64,000 nt of DNA, from positions 243,412,001 to 243,476,000 of the forward strand of contig OZ024740.1 in the NCBI GenBank assembly GCA_964016885.1. Reading direction: 5' to 3'. The stretch's first letter is position 1; each line of letters starts with the position of its first letter. This document shows positions 25,291-36,645 of the stretch, one piece after another. Below the pieces are notes generated by a model, which was not told where the DNA came from, made no database searches, and was given only the letters and a program-made list of their open reading frames with translations. This DNA is from Eledone cirrhosa. Lineage: Eukaryota. Made by a program: the position numbers and the translations under genes.

Positions 25291-27258
25291 TCATCATCAT
25301 CATCATCGTTTAACGTCCGTGTTCCATGCTTGCATGGGTTTGGACGGGAGTTTTCCCACTTGAGGCAAGAGTGGTTGTCTTGCTCGCATAGGACTGTCTG
25401 GCGGGTTTTCTACAGTTGGATGCCCTTCCTAACACCAACCACATTTACAGTGTGGGGCTGGGAGGTTTTTACCGTGTTGCCTACACGGCCACATTACAGC
25501 GTGGACTGTCTGGCAGGTTTTCTACAGCTGGATGCCCTTCCTAACACCAACCACATTTACAGTGTGGGACTGGGACTGCGACGTTTTTACCGTGTTGCCT
25601 ACACGGTCACATTACAGCGTGGACTGTGTGTTTTTTTTGTCGTGACACCTACACGATCTCATTTGTTTCGGCCTGGATTTTGTGGCACCAACATAACTTT
25701 ACATTGAAAGGGGCGGTGTGGATGGGGTGGGGGTGGTGGGAGGGGGGTGTATTTTGTTAGAGATGCCTACTGACTGTAGTAGGTTTTACTTTGTATTTAG
25801 GTAACGCGGGTCTTCTCTATTACTGAGTACCGCCAAAGCTCTCGGTCCAGTGACATTGTCTTGGAGAGGTGTAAGTGTGTGAGGTTGGAATTTATCAGCT
25901 CGTCCCAGGTTTTTCTGGGTCTGCCTACTCCGTGGCTACCGTCTATCTTTATTGCCCTGCACTTTGTTATACAGCTGTCGTCTTTCATGCGCATCACGTG
26001 ACCATACCAACGTAGCCTTCTCTCGAGTAAACAACATCTGATCCCTCTTATTTCTAATTTTTTCCTTAGTTCGTTTATGCTTTGCCGTTCGCGTATATTA
26101 CTATTACACATCCAGCGGAGCATGCAAGCTTCGTTCCTCTCTAGTCTGCGTATATCCTCTGCACACAATGCCCAGGTCTCACTGCCATGCAACATTGCTG
26201 TTCGTATGCAGGCATCATACAACCTGCCTTTCACTTTTAGGGAGAACCCTTTAGCGGCTAATAGTGGTATAAGCTCTCTGAACTTTTTCCATCCAGTTCT
26301 GACTCTAGCTACTGTACTTTCGGAGCACCCTCCCCCACTGCTGATTTTGTCACCCAGGTAACGGAAGCTGTCCACTATTTCTATAGAACCCTCTGCGCAG
26401 TTGAAAGAGCTAGTATTTTATGGGCACTTGCTGCTACTTATTGCACCAGAGCACCGGCCACATGTAAAATCTGTGTTCTTAGTTAGCTTACCTGTGATCC
26501 CACTACATCTTTTATGCACCCATACTTTGCATTTGGGACATAAAATGGAGTTTCTACCTATGCCTTTCCTACACACTGAGCATGGCCATTTCCCAGAAGG
26601 GACCGGCGCCTTATTTTCTTTCCTACAAACTAGAACTTTAGTCTTAGCCATGTTAATTTTAAGGCCTTTTGATTCTAGGCCGTGCTTCCATGTTTGGAAT
26701 TTCTTCTCTAGCTCGGCCATTGATTCAGCTATGAGCGTTAGGTCATCTGCGTATAGGAGTTCCCATGGGCAGCCGGTCTTGAACTCCTCTGTTATAGCCT
26801 GGAGAGCAATAATGAATAGTAGGGGGCTAAGAACAGAGCCCTGATGGACACCAACTTTTACGTTAAACTCTTCACTATATTCGTTGTTAATTCTAACCTT
26901 GCTGACTGTTTCTTTATACATGGCTTGTATAGCTCTCACAAGCCATTCGTCAACACCTAGTTTTCTAAGAGCCCACCAGATAATGGAACGGGGGACTCTG
27001 TCGAAGGCTTTCTCCAAGTCGACAAAGGCTAAGTATAGGGGTTTACTTTTAGCTAGGTACTTCTCCTGTAGTTGTCGTACAATGAAAAGAGCGTCTGTGG
27101 TACTTTTGCCTGACACAAACCCGAACTGCATTTCATCTAGATCGATTCTCTCTCTGATTAGTTGCACTATTACTTTTTCCGTGACCTTCATGACCTGGTC
27201 GATTAATTTAATCCCTCTATAGTTACTCCTATCTAGGGCGTCTCCTTTACCCTTGTAA
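25291..27258 (-). mobile_element. RTE LINE subfamily A, 5'-truncated, one premature stop
   Basis: ORFs 26418-27191 and 25797-26375 are one frame broken by TAA (CAA in the copy at 42241); near-identical to 41400-43262. Confidence 0.95.
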
Positions 27259-27260
27259 TG

Positions 27261-27373
<113 letters not shown>

Positions 27374-27662
27374 CAAATAACGAAACGAAATTAAATTTCG
27401 TTTCGTTTGTAACTCACTTTTGTATGACTGACGCTTAAACAATTAAGTTAAAGATGTACATCCATATATGTATACTGAAATACTAGTATGTATATGAATA
27501 CACACACGTATACATATGTAGGTGTACCAAGTTTTTTCACTGGTCACTTTACTGTGAGTGGCCAGCTATTCTGTATGTAAACACACAGACAAACCGGTTT
27601 TTAGAGTCATACTGGTTTTTGAGGAAACACCTCTCCTCTATTCTCCAGAAAGCCAGACAAGG

Positions 27663-27707
27663 AATATTGAACTAGTTTCGTTGTTGTTACAACTCATCAG
27701 CAATATT
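27663..27707 (-). ncRNA. Minimal type I hammerhead ribozyme
   Basis: AATATTG-CTGATGA-GTTG-TAACAA-CAAC-GAAA-CTAG-TT-CAATATT: 7-bp stem I, 4-bp stem II, palindromic AACTAGTT stem III. Confidence 0.85.
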
Positions 27708-28034
27708 TACCTATCTTCCGGCCTCTCTAGAGAATCGTAAAAGCACATATCGTTATATGCTTTTTCTATGAAAATTAGTAGTGGGCAGACTAATTTGCAT
27801 AGAGTGTGAGTAAGTACCGGTTCAACGGAGACGATAAAAACAAATAACGAAAAGAAATTAAATTTTTTTCGTTTGTAACTCACTTTTGTATGACTGACGC
27901 TTAAACAATTAAGTTAAAGATGTACATCCATATATGTATACTGAAATACTAGTATGTATATGAATACACACACGTATACATATGTAGGTGTACCAAGTTT
28001 TTTCACTCTCTCTAGAGAGGCCGGAAGATAGGTA

Positions 28035-28079
28035 AATATTGCTGATGAGTTGTAACAACAACGAAACTAGTTCAATATT
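28035..28079 (+). ncRNA. Minimal type I hammerhead ribozyme
   Basis: Identical motif; predicted GUU cleavage at 28072/28073. Confidence 0.85.
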
Positions 28080-28500
28080 CCTTGTCTGGCTTTCTGGAAA
28101 ATAGAGGAGAGGTGTTTCCTCAAAAACCAGTATGACTCTAAAAACCGGTTTGTCTGTGTGTTTACATACAGAATAGCTGGCCACTCACAGTAAAGTGACC
28201 AGTGAAAAAACTTGGTACACCTACATATGTATACGTGTGTGTATTCATATACATACTAGTATTTCAGTATACATATATGGATGTACATCTTTAACTTAAT
28301 TGTTTAAGCGCCAGTCATACAAAAGTGAGTTACAAACGAAAAAAATTTAATTTCGTTTCGTTATTTGTTTTTATCGTCTCCGTTGAACCGGTACTTACTC
28401 ACACTCTATGCAAATTAGTCTGCCCACTACTAATTTTCATAGAAAAAGCATATAACGATATGTGCTTTTACGATTCTCTAGAGAGGCCGGAAGATAGGTA

Positions 28501-28545
28501 AATATTGCTGATGAGTTGTAACAACAACGAAACTAGTTCAATATT
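28501..28545 (+). ncRNA. Minimal type I hammerhead ribozyme
   Basis: Identical motif; predicted cleavage at 28538/28539. Confidence 0.85.
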
Positions 28546-28967
28546 CCTTGTCTGGCTTTCTGGAGAATAGAGGAGAGGTGTTTCCTCAAAAACCAGTATG
28601 ACTCTAAAAACCGGTTTGTCTGTGTGTTTACATACAGAATAGCTGGCCACTCACAGTAAAGTGACCAGTGAAAAAACTTGGTACACCTACATATGTATAC
28701 GTGTGTGTATTCATATACATACTAGTATTTCAGTATACATATATGGATGTACATCTTTAACTTAATTGTTTAAGCGTCAGTCATACAAAAGTGAGTTACA
28801 AACGAAACGAAATTTAATTTCGTTTCGTTATTTGTTTTTATCGTCTCCGTTGAACCGGTACTTACTCACACTCTATGCAAATTAGTCTGCCCACTACTAA
28901 TTTTCATAGAAAAAGCATATAACGATATGTGCTTTTACGATTCTCTAGAGAGGCCGGAAGATAGGTA

Positions 28968-29012
28968 AATATTGCTGATGAGTTGTAACAACAACGAAAC
29001 TAGTTCAATATT
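28968..29012 (+). ncRNA. Minimal type I hammerhead ribozyme
   Basis: Identical motif; predicted cleavage at 29005/29006. Confidence 0.85.
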
Positions 29013-29258
29013 CCTTGTCTGGCTTTCTGGAAAATAGAGGAGAGGTGTTTCCTCAAAAACCAGTATGACTCTAAAAACCGGTTTGTCTGTGTGTTTACAT
29101 ACAGAATAGCTGGCCACTCACAGTAAAGTGACCAGTGAAAAAACTTGGTACACCTACATATGTATACGTGTGTGTATTCATATACATACTAGTATTTCAG
29201 TATACATATATGGATGTACATCTTTAACTTAATTATATATATATATATATATATATAT

Positions 29259-29528
29259 TGATGTGTTGTTTCCTTGAGCAAGACACTTTATTTCACATTG
29301 CTCCAGTTTACTCAGCTGTAGAAATGAGATGATAGGGACGGGGTCCCTATTATTCCACTACAAAGTGGTCGTGGAGGTGCCACGGCAAAAAAGCACCCAG
29401 CACTCACTGTAAATGAGGTTGGTGTTAGGAAGGGCATCCAGCTGTAGAAATCAAGCCAGAATCAGTTCCCGTCCCACCCTTGCAAGCAGGGAAAAGTGGA
29501 CGTAAAATGAAATGATGATGATGATGAT
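29259..29528 (+). mobile_element. SINE family 1, headless copy
   Basis: Starts TGATGTGTTGTTTCCTTGAGCAAGACACTT after (TA)n; RTE-B tail. Confidence 0.9.
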
Positions 29529-29547
29529 ATATATGTATATATATATA

Positions 29548-29668
<121 letters not shown>

Positions 29669-29802
29669 GAAATTTAAATTTTATTTCTCGCCCTAGCAGA
29701 GCTGATAAATAAATGTAACTATGCATACGTACACACATGACGATTTGTCATTGGCATGGCACAGCTTTAATCGGGCCATTTGTTTACAAACAAATTGAAT
29801 AT

Positions 29803-29992
29803 CAGTGGATTGGCAGTATCGGTAGAGTGTCGGACACCATGCTTTGATGCATAGAGTTACGGCCCTTGCCTTTCTGTGTTCAAATCTCGGCGAGGTTGAC
29901 TTTGCCTTTCATCCTTACGGGGTCGATAAAATAAAGTACCAGTAATGCACTGGGTATTTGATGGCCTTGTGCCTAAAGTAGAAACAATTATT
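29803..29992 (+). mobile_element. SINE family 2 (tRNA head + Nin/Deu-like domain), full length
   Basis: A-box-like TGGCAGTATCGG, B-box GTTCAAATC, GACTTTGCCTTTCATCCTTACGGGGTCGATAAAATAAAGTACCAG, ATT-type tail. Confidence 0.85.
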
Positions 29993-30051
29993 AATATTCA
30001 ATACAACCTATACGTATGTGTGTATATATATGTGTGTACATATGAATAATT

Positions 30052-30097
<46 letters not shown>

Positions 30098-30771
30098 GTA
30101 TATATCTGTGTGTCATCATCATCATTTTATGCCTGCTTTCCATGCTGATATGAGCTGTACACATGCACAGATATCTATATATATGCATTCTTTCCATATT
30201 AGATTTACTTATATCTTCTTCTTCTTCTTCTTCTTCTTCTTCTTCTTCTTCTTCTTCTTCTTCTTCTTCTTCTTCTTCTTCTTCTTCTTCTTCTCCTCCT
30301 GCCCCCCAACCTATAGTCATTTATTTCATTTTCTCTCTTTTTTCTCTGAAATTCTACAATAATATATAAGGTAGAATATAATATAATATAATATAATATG
30401 TCTTCTGTTACCAGACTATCACTTTAACACTATGAATCCACCTCCTCCTCCTCCTGTTTTATATGCTTTTTTTAACGATATATTTATATATTTTTCCTGT
30501 TTTTTTTATAGATTTATCATCATTATCCCCACTACTACTACCGGCACCTCCATCTCCTTCACCATCAAACCACCACCATTAACCCCATTATTGCCATCAT
30601 CCCCTCAATCATTACCATCAACTCTATGTTTTTGCCACCACCATCTCTGCTTCTTCCACCATCACCACCTCCGTTTTTTTCTCTCTACTTATTTTTTTAT
30701 TTATCATATTTCTTATTTGGCTGCCTTTCCTTCTCTTCCCCAAACAATGTTATCGTCTTTCTGTTTTTTCC

Positions 30772-30810
30772 TTTTTGATGAAGAGCTAACGCCTGAAACA
30801 TCAAGACTCT
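30772..30810 (+). ncRNA. Degenerate minimal hammerhead motif
   Basis: tTGATGA-A-GAGC-TAAC-GCCT-GAAA-CATC-AAGACTC; homologous to 4260 and 13296. Confidence 0.45.
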
Positions 30811-31173
30811 TTTTATTACTTCTTTCATACTGTTATTGTAATGTGTTGCTCTCTGGTGGTGTTCTTTTTCTATTTTTTTCATTTACTTGTGTATATATAT
30901 ATATATCATCATCATCATCATCATTGTTTAATGTCTATTTTCCCCACTAACATGGGTTAGATGGGTTACTCATAATATATATATATATATTGTTATATTT
31001 GGGGAAGGTCATATTGTTATAGTATTGCCAGAAATAATAATAAAACACACTCACTGTTTGGTTTGGATTGGTTTTCGCTTCTCTATATTTTATATCCCTA
31101 TAGTTAATTTAGCTGGCAATCAATGTTTGTCATTGATTGACGAATGGTTAAAAATATAGATATAAATATATAT

Positions 31174-31657
31174 CAAATGTATATATTGAGTTAGAAACTC
31201 AAAATAGTTTCTTACAACAAAATAGCTCTAGGAAAGAGATATTTCCGAGCCGTATATTATAACTGAATATAAAAGAAAAACAAATACAGATATATACATA
31301 TATGTGTTCAAATCGTAAGGGACCAGATTCACTAAGAATAAATCAAGAAAATAAATGCAAACCAGAATTGTGGTAACTACCAATCACCCAGACAGCTTTG
31401 GCAATGCTGTTTCGCAAAATTAATTGTGAAGAGGAATACCGATTCTTGCTCATCAGTGGGTGAAGAATTAGTATCCTGGTCACTGCTAAGTATATTAAAA
31501 AACTGAATAGTGTGCGTATATATAATAACGCACATGGTATCTGAACTTAGTGTGTCTCACAAACTCACACCACTAAAAATAGCAGCCAGGTTTACTCGAC
31601 ATTTGAATTAGCTCAACAAATTAACGGAGCCGAATATATCAAAGTTAGAAACTCAAT
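31174..31657 (-). mobile_element. 484-bp non-coding hammerhead-bearing insertion with TSD
   Basis: GATATAAATATATAT duplicated at 31159-31173 and 31658-31672; AGTTAGAAACTCAA repeated at 31189 and 31643; absent from the paralogue at 1631-1650. Confidence 0.8.
31384..31463 (-). ncRNA. Canonical type I hammerhead ribozyme
   Basis: Minus strand TCACCCA-CTGATGA-GCAAGA-[loop]-TTTTGC-GAAA-CAGC-ATTGCCAAA-GCTG-TC-TGGGTGA: 7-bp stem I, 6-bp stem II, 5-bp stem III, GUC cleavage triplet. Confidence 0.9.
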
Positions 31658-31680
31658 GATATAAATATATATATATATAT

Positions 31681-31807
31681 ATCAGTTCCTGTATGAGCAA
31701 GGCATGGTCAGCCGACCAGACACTGCCCACAACAGGACAACCCGTCTAACCCATGCTAGCGTGGAAGAACGGACGTAAAACGGTGATGATGATGATGATG
31801 ATGATGA
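31681..31807 (+). mobile_element. RTE subfamily C tail, extreme 5' truncation
   Basis: Identical by eye to 35710-35835; starts in a TA run. Confidence 0.9.
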
Positions 31808-32199
31808 GTCTATCAAAGTTCTTTCATCACACACCTGTGACATCATCAGTGGTACTATTATGTTTCCTCCCGTTGTATTGTAATGTATATTCTATTCTTT
31901 ATTTATTTATTTTTAACCGTTAGTCAATCAATGATAAACATTGATTGCTAGCTAAATTAACTATAGGGATATAAAATAATCAGAAGCGAAAGCCAATCCA
32001 AACCAAACAGTGAGTGGCAATATTATAACAATATTGCCCTCCCCAAATATAACAATATTTGTTTCAACACATGATTTCATATCAAAAATCTTGCAAAACA
32101 AATTCATCGATATCTATATATATATAAAACAACAAAACAACAAAACAACAAACAACATCCCGACCTGCCTAAGCAACCTCATCAACCCATCCATGGTAT

Positions 32200-32632
32200 T
32201 ACAACAGCGCATAATTATAACTGTAACTGTGTCCAACCAGGAATGTGTCCGTTGAATAATCAGTGTCTTGAACGCAACATCATATACAATGTACTATCGA
32301 ATAGGGTAGCCAGAAGTGGTACTATGTGGGGTCTACAGCTACCTCCTTCAAATCTCGCCTTTATAGACATCGCTACTCGATAAAACATGAAAACCAGCGT
32401 TATGTAACAACACTCGCAGACAAGGCTTGGCAGCTGCGCGAAAATAACCAACAATTTAACCTAAAATGGGATATATTTCGATGGACAGAAATTTTGTAGA
32501 TTGTGTAATATGGAAATATTTTGTATTATGAAATCCAAAAATATTTTATTAAATAACAGAATAGAGCGATCGTTATACTGTAACCATCGCTTGAAATCTA
32601 CATTTTCATATTACAAACGCTACCAGGATTGA
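32200..32632 (+). pseudogene. Penelope-like element C-terminal GIY-YIG endonuclease (frameshifted)
   Basis: Hand translation across shifts: CNCVQPGMCPLNNQCLERNIIY/CTIE*GSQKWYYVGSTATSFKSRLYRHRYSIKHENQRYVTTLADKAWQLRENNQQFNLKWDIF/FCRLCNMEIFCIMKSKNILLNNRIERSLYCNH. Confidence 0.8.
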
Positions 32633-33330
32633 ACGCCTGTCTCCATCTCCGTTTGATTGTCAAAATACATATTAACATTCTCTATTAATCTTAATTCTAT
32701 CAACTCTTCTATTCTTTACCATTTAATATAAACTGCTATAGATAAAATGAGATTTCTTAATTCAATTCCCTAAAGCATATACCAGCAGGCTACCAGCATT
32801 GTTGTTATACAGTAGCAGTGAAAATCTCTCTTCCTTACTTGACACCTTATATCTGTATTAATACTACTACACCAAACCACCAGCCCTGTCCATTGTTCAA
32901 CTGGTCAAATATAAATTAAAATAGGCACTCCCAAAAATTCTTATTTAGATAAAATAAGCCATATACTCATTGTATTCTCATTAAAAACCTTCTATTCACT
33001 TGTTTATCAGCAAATTGAATTGCCAGCAAATTGAATTGCCATCTGTCATATACTTTCCCCTCTCCTCTTCCTTTCTTACAACTAATATAAATACTTTGAT
33101 TTTTCTGATTTTTTTTCCAATTTATCCAATATCTCTGAAAAAGTGACAACTGATTATACATTTGCTATCGATTACATGCTAATATTATATGATTACGCAA
33201 GCAGCGATACATAGGTATTCCGTCTGTTACAGAAACATATGTCAATACCTAATAAATTCCTTTATAAAAGCACTTTCATTTTATATTCATCTTTTCTCTC
33301 TCTCCCTCTCTCTCTCTCTCTATATATATA

Positions 33331-35840
33331 TACGACAGTAAAGGAGAACAGATAGAGACATTTAACGTAGAAGAGAACTGGGAGTTCCTAAAAAATAACT
33401 TACTAGAGGCGACGGATGAGGTTTGTGGCTGGAGTAAGACCTCAAGCAGGAGGAGAGTGACTTGGTGGTGGAACAATAAGGTAGATGAAGCAGTCAAGGC
33501 CAAGAGACAGGCATGGAAAGAATGGAAGAACGGGGGGAGCAGGGTACATTACATAGAGACCAAGAGGGAAGCTAGGCGACAAGTATACTTAGCTAGGAGG
33601 GAAGCAGAGGATAGAAAATTCAAGCATGTTTTACAACGTGAGGACCAGAAACAGGAGGTATTCAAGATTGCGAGGCAGTGTGTCAGAGATAGTTGTGATG
33701 TCATTGGAGAGAAGTGTATCCGGAATGATAAAGGTGAGCTTGCCCTCACAAGTGCTGAGAAGAAAGATGCATGGAAGAGTCATTATGATAGATTACTAAA
33801 TGAGGAGAATGCATGGGAAGAAGAGACCCTACCCCATGTAGACCCTATAGAGGGACCAGCAGTACAAGTCAGCGGCAGCGTAGTAAGTAAGGCAATCAGA
33901 GATATGAAGATGGGGAAGGCAACCGGTCCATCGGGGATAGCTGCCGAGATGCTGAAGGCATCTGGGTCTGTAGGTCACACTATAACCACACGTATCGTTA
34001 GCCAGGTAATACTAGAAGGGGCCATACCAAAAGATTGGTGCAGTAGCATCATTGTCAACTGCTACAAAGGTAAAGGCGATGCACTAGATAGAGGAAACTA
34101 TAGAGGTATAAAGTTGATGGACCAGGTCATGAAAGTAACAGAAAGAGTTATAGCACAGCTGATTAGGGACCGGGTGAATATAGACGAGATGCAATTTGGG
34201 TTTGTACCAGGGAGAGGCACCACTGATGCCCTCTTCCTTGTGAGGCAATTACAGGAAAAGTACCTAGCTAAAAGTAAGCCACTCTACTTGGCATTTGTCG
34301 ACCTCGAGAAAGCCTTTGACAGAGTTCCACGTGCAGTAATCTGGTGGGCTCTTAGAAAACTAGGAGTAGATGAATGGCTTGTGAAAGCGATACAAGCCAT
34401 GTATAGGGGAGCAGTCAGCAAAGTTAGGATTAGCAGTGAGTATAGCGAGGAATTTAGCGTACAGGTTGGGGTCCACCAGGGCTCTGTTCTTAGCCCTCTC
34501 CTGTTCATCATAGTCCTGCAGGCAATAACGGAGGAGTTTAAGACCGGATGCCCATGGGAACTCCTGTATGCTGATGACCTCGCACTCATAGCTGAATCTA
34601 TGGTAGAACTAGAGAATAAATTCCAAACCTGGAAGCAGGGACTAGAGAGAAAGGGCCTCAAAGTCAACATGACAAAGACTAAGGTCCTTGTAAGTAGACG
34701 AGAAAACAGAACCCAGATCCCCTCAGGGAAATGGCCTTGCTCAGTATGTAGGAAAGGTGTAGGTAGGAACTCCATTCTCTGCCCCAAATGCAAACAATGG
34801 GTACACAAGAGATGTAGCGGGATCTCAGGAAGCTTAATTAAGAATGTAGGATTCACATGCAGCAGCTGTGCTGAAACAGCAAGCAAACAGCCACAGGAAA
34901 CAAGTACCACCAATCTCTGGGAGGGCCCTGTAGAAACAGTAGACAGCTTCTGCTACCTAGGTGACCGAATTATCAACGGAGGTGGGTGCTCAGAAAGTAC
35001 AATAACTAGGGTAAGAACGGGATGGAAGAAGTTTAGGGAACTACTACCACTGCTAGCTGCAAAAGGCTTCTCCCTCAGAATGAAAGGCAGACTGTATGAT
35101 GCGTGTATCCGAACAGCGTTGTTGCATGGTAGTGAGACCTGGGCGCTGAAGGTGGAAGACTTATGTAGATTAGAGAGAAACGAAGCCTGCATGCTCCGAT
35201 GGATGTGTAACAGTAATATACGTGAACGACAAAGCATAAAGGAATTGAGAGAGAGACTGAGCATAAGAGGAATCAAATGCTGCGTGCAGGAGAGGCGGTT
35301 ACGCTGGTATGGACATGTGATGCGTATGAAGGATGACAGCTGCATAAAAAGGTGCAGAGCACTAGAAGTTGATGGAAACCGCGGAGTGGGGAGACCCAAG
35401 ATGACTTGGGATGAGGTGATAAAAGCCGACCTTACCCAACTACACCTCTCAAAGACAATGACACACGACCGTGACTTCTGGCGTCACGCAGTAATACAGG
35501 GTACCCGACCTCCCATGGGTACATGCTGAAGCATATAAACAATATGCCCCCACTCCCCCCACCGCAAGGTGGTCGTGGAGGTGCCACGGCAAAAAAGCAC
35601 CCAGCCCACACTGTAAAGTGGACGTGTAGGCGCCACGAAAAAGCACCCAGCACTCACTGTAAATGAGGTTGGTGTTAGGAAGGGCATCCAGCTGTAGAAA
35701 TCAAGCCAGATCAGTTCCTGTATGAGCAAGGCATGGTCAGCCGACCAGACACTGCCCACAACAGGACAACCCGTCTAACCCATGCTAGCGTGGAAGAACG
35801 GACGTAAAACGGTGATGATGATGATGATGATGATGATGAT
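33331..35840 (+). mobile_element. RTE LINE subfamily C, 5'-truncated, young
   Basis: Uninterrupted frame from the (TA)n junction to the stop at 35529; 3'UTR; (GAT)n tail. Confidence 0.95.
33457..35529 (+). CDS. RTE reverse transcriptase (no EN domain; truncated) with PHD-like finger
   Basis: [39 protein letters not shown]4HC3 finger, SFCYLG, RLRWYGHV, GRPKMTW. Confidence 0.9.
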   Translation: MTWWWNNKVDEAVKAKRQAWKEWKNGGSRVHYIETKREARRQVYLARREAEDRKFKHVLQREDQKQEVFKIARQCVRDSCDVIGEKCIRNDKGELALTSAEKKDAWKSHYDRLLNEENAWEEETLPHVDPIEGPAVQVSGSVVSKAIRDMKMGKATGPSGIAAEMLKASGSVGHTITTRIVSQVILEGAIPKDWCSSIIVNCYKGKGDALDRGNYRGIKLMDQVMKVTERVIAQLIRDRVNIDEMQFGFVPGRGTTDALFLVRQLQEKYLAKSKPLYLAFVDLEKAFDRVPRAVIWWALRKLGVDEWLVKAIQAMYRGAVSKVRISSEYSEEFSVQVGVHQGSVLSPLLFIIVLQAITEEFKTGCPWELLYADDLALIAESMVELENKFQTWKQGLERKGLKVNMTKTKVLVSRRENRTQIPSGKWPCSVCRKGVGRNSILCPKCKQWVHKRCSGISGSLIKNVGFTCSSCAETASKQPQETSTTNLWEGPVETVDSFCYLGDRIINGGGCSESTITRVRTGWKKFRELLPLLAAKGFSLRMKGRLYDACIRTALLHGSETWALKVEDLCRLERNEACMLRWMCNSNIRERQSIKELRERLSIRGIKCCVQERRLRWYGHVMRMKDDSCIKRCRALEVDGNRGVGRPKMTWDEVIKADLTQLHLSKTMTHDRDFWRHAVIQGTRPPMGTC

Positions 35841-35855
35841 ACATACATACATACA

Positions 35856-35893
<38 letters not shown>

Positions 35894-35969
35894 CGAAGGA
35901 AATGTGGTAAGGAACCAGGTGGACCATAACGCACCAAAGTACTCAATACTTAGGGTAGTAGAGTGGGTA

Positions 35970-36097
35970 ATAGGAACGAGTAGGACTCCGACGGCTGAGC
36001 TCAAGCCATTTCGACGGCTAATTCTGGACTAAATTTAGTCCAGAATTAGCCGTCGAAACGGCTTGAGCTCAGCCGTCGGGGTCCTACTCGTTCCTAT
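35970..36097. repeat. 128-bp loopless palindrome (probable Penelope-type fold-back remnant)
   Basis: Centre AAA|TTT at 36033/36034; two mismatches; lies between TA runs. Confidence 0.9.
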
Positions 36098-36108
36098 ATA
36101 TATATATA

Positions 36109-36377
36109 GGTGATGTGTTGTTTCCTTGAGCAAGACACTTTATTTCACATTGCTCCAGTTTACTCAGCAGTAGAAATGAGATGATAGGGACTGGGGTCCA
36201 TATCATTCCACTGCAAAGTGGTCATGGAGGTGCCACGGCAAAAAAGCACCCAGCACTCACTGTAAATGAGGTTGGTGTTAGGAAAGGCATCTAGCTGTAG
36301 AAATCAAGTCACAATCAGTTCCCGTCCCACCCTTGCAAGCAGGGAAAAAACGGACATAAAATGATGATGATGATGAT
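36109..36377 (+). mobile_element. SINE family 1, headless copy
   Basis: Starts GGTGATGTGTTG after (TA)n. Confidence 0.9.
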
Positions 36378-36400
36378 ACATACATATATATATAATAAAC

Positions 36401-36645
36401 AGTGGAGGCACATGGCCTAGTGGTAAGAGTGTTGGACTTACGATCACAATGTCGTCGGTTCTATTCCTGGGTTGCGTGTTGTGTTCTTGAGCAAAACACT
36501 TCATTTCACATTGCCCCAGTATACTCAGCTGAAAATGAGTGCCAGTAATAGCTGGAGGTTTAACCCTGCGATGGACTGGCGTCATGAAACCGGGATAAGC
36601 ACCGACCAAATGAGTCTTCTGCATTAAGACAGACTTTAGACTTTT
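36401..36645 (+). mobile_element. tRNA-derived CORE-like SINE with a different 3' half (family 3)
   Basis: A box TGGCCTAGTGG, B box GGTTCTATTCC, GTGTTCTTGAGCAAAACACTT core shared with family 1, then AACCCTGCGATGGACTGGCGTC...GAAACCGGGATAAGC. Confidence 0.8.

Larger units (their letters stand above)
30989..32056. mobile_element. Repeat with ~170-bp inverted termini, interrupted by two insertions
   Basis: 30989-31160 is the reverse complement of ~31900-32056; paralogue at 1461-1740; weak hammerhead-like motif on the minus strand at 31811-31855. Confidence 0.7.

Noticed and set aside
27558-29117. Repeated 60-aa ORF MASYSVCKHTDKPVF...
   Set aside because: GTG start, antisense to the hammerhead, no recognisable domain; repetition is explained by the tandem unit.
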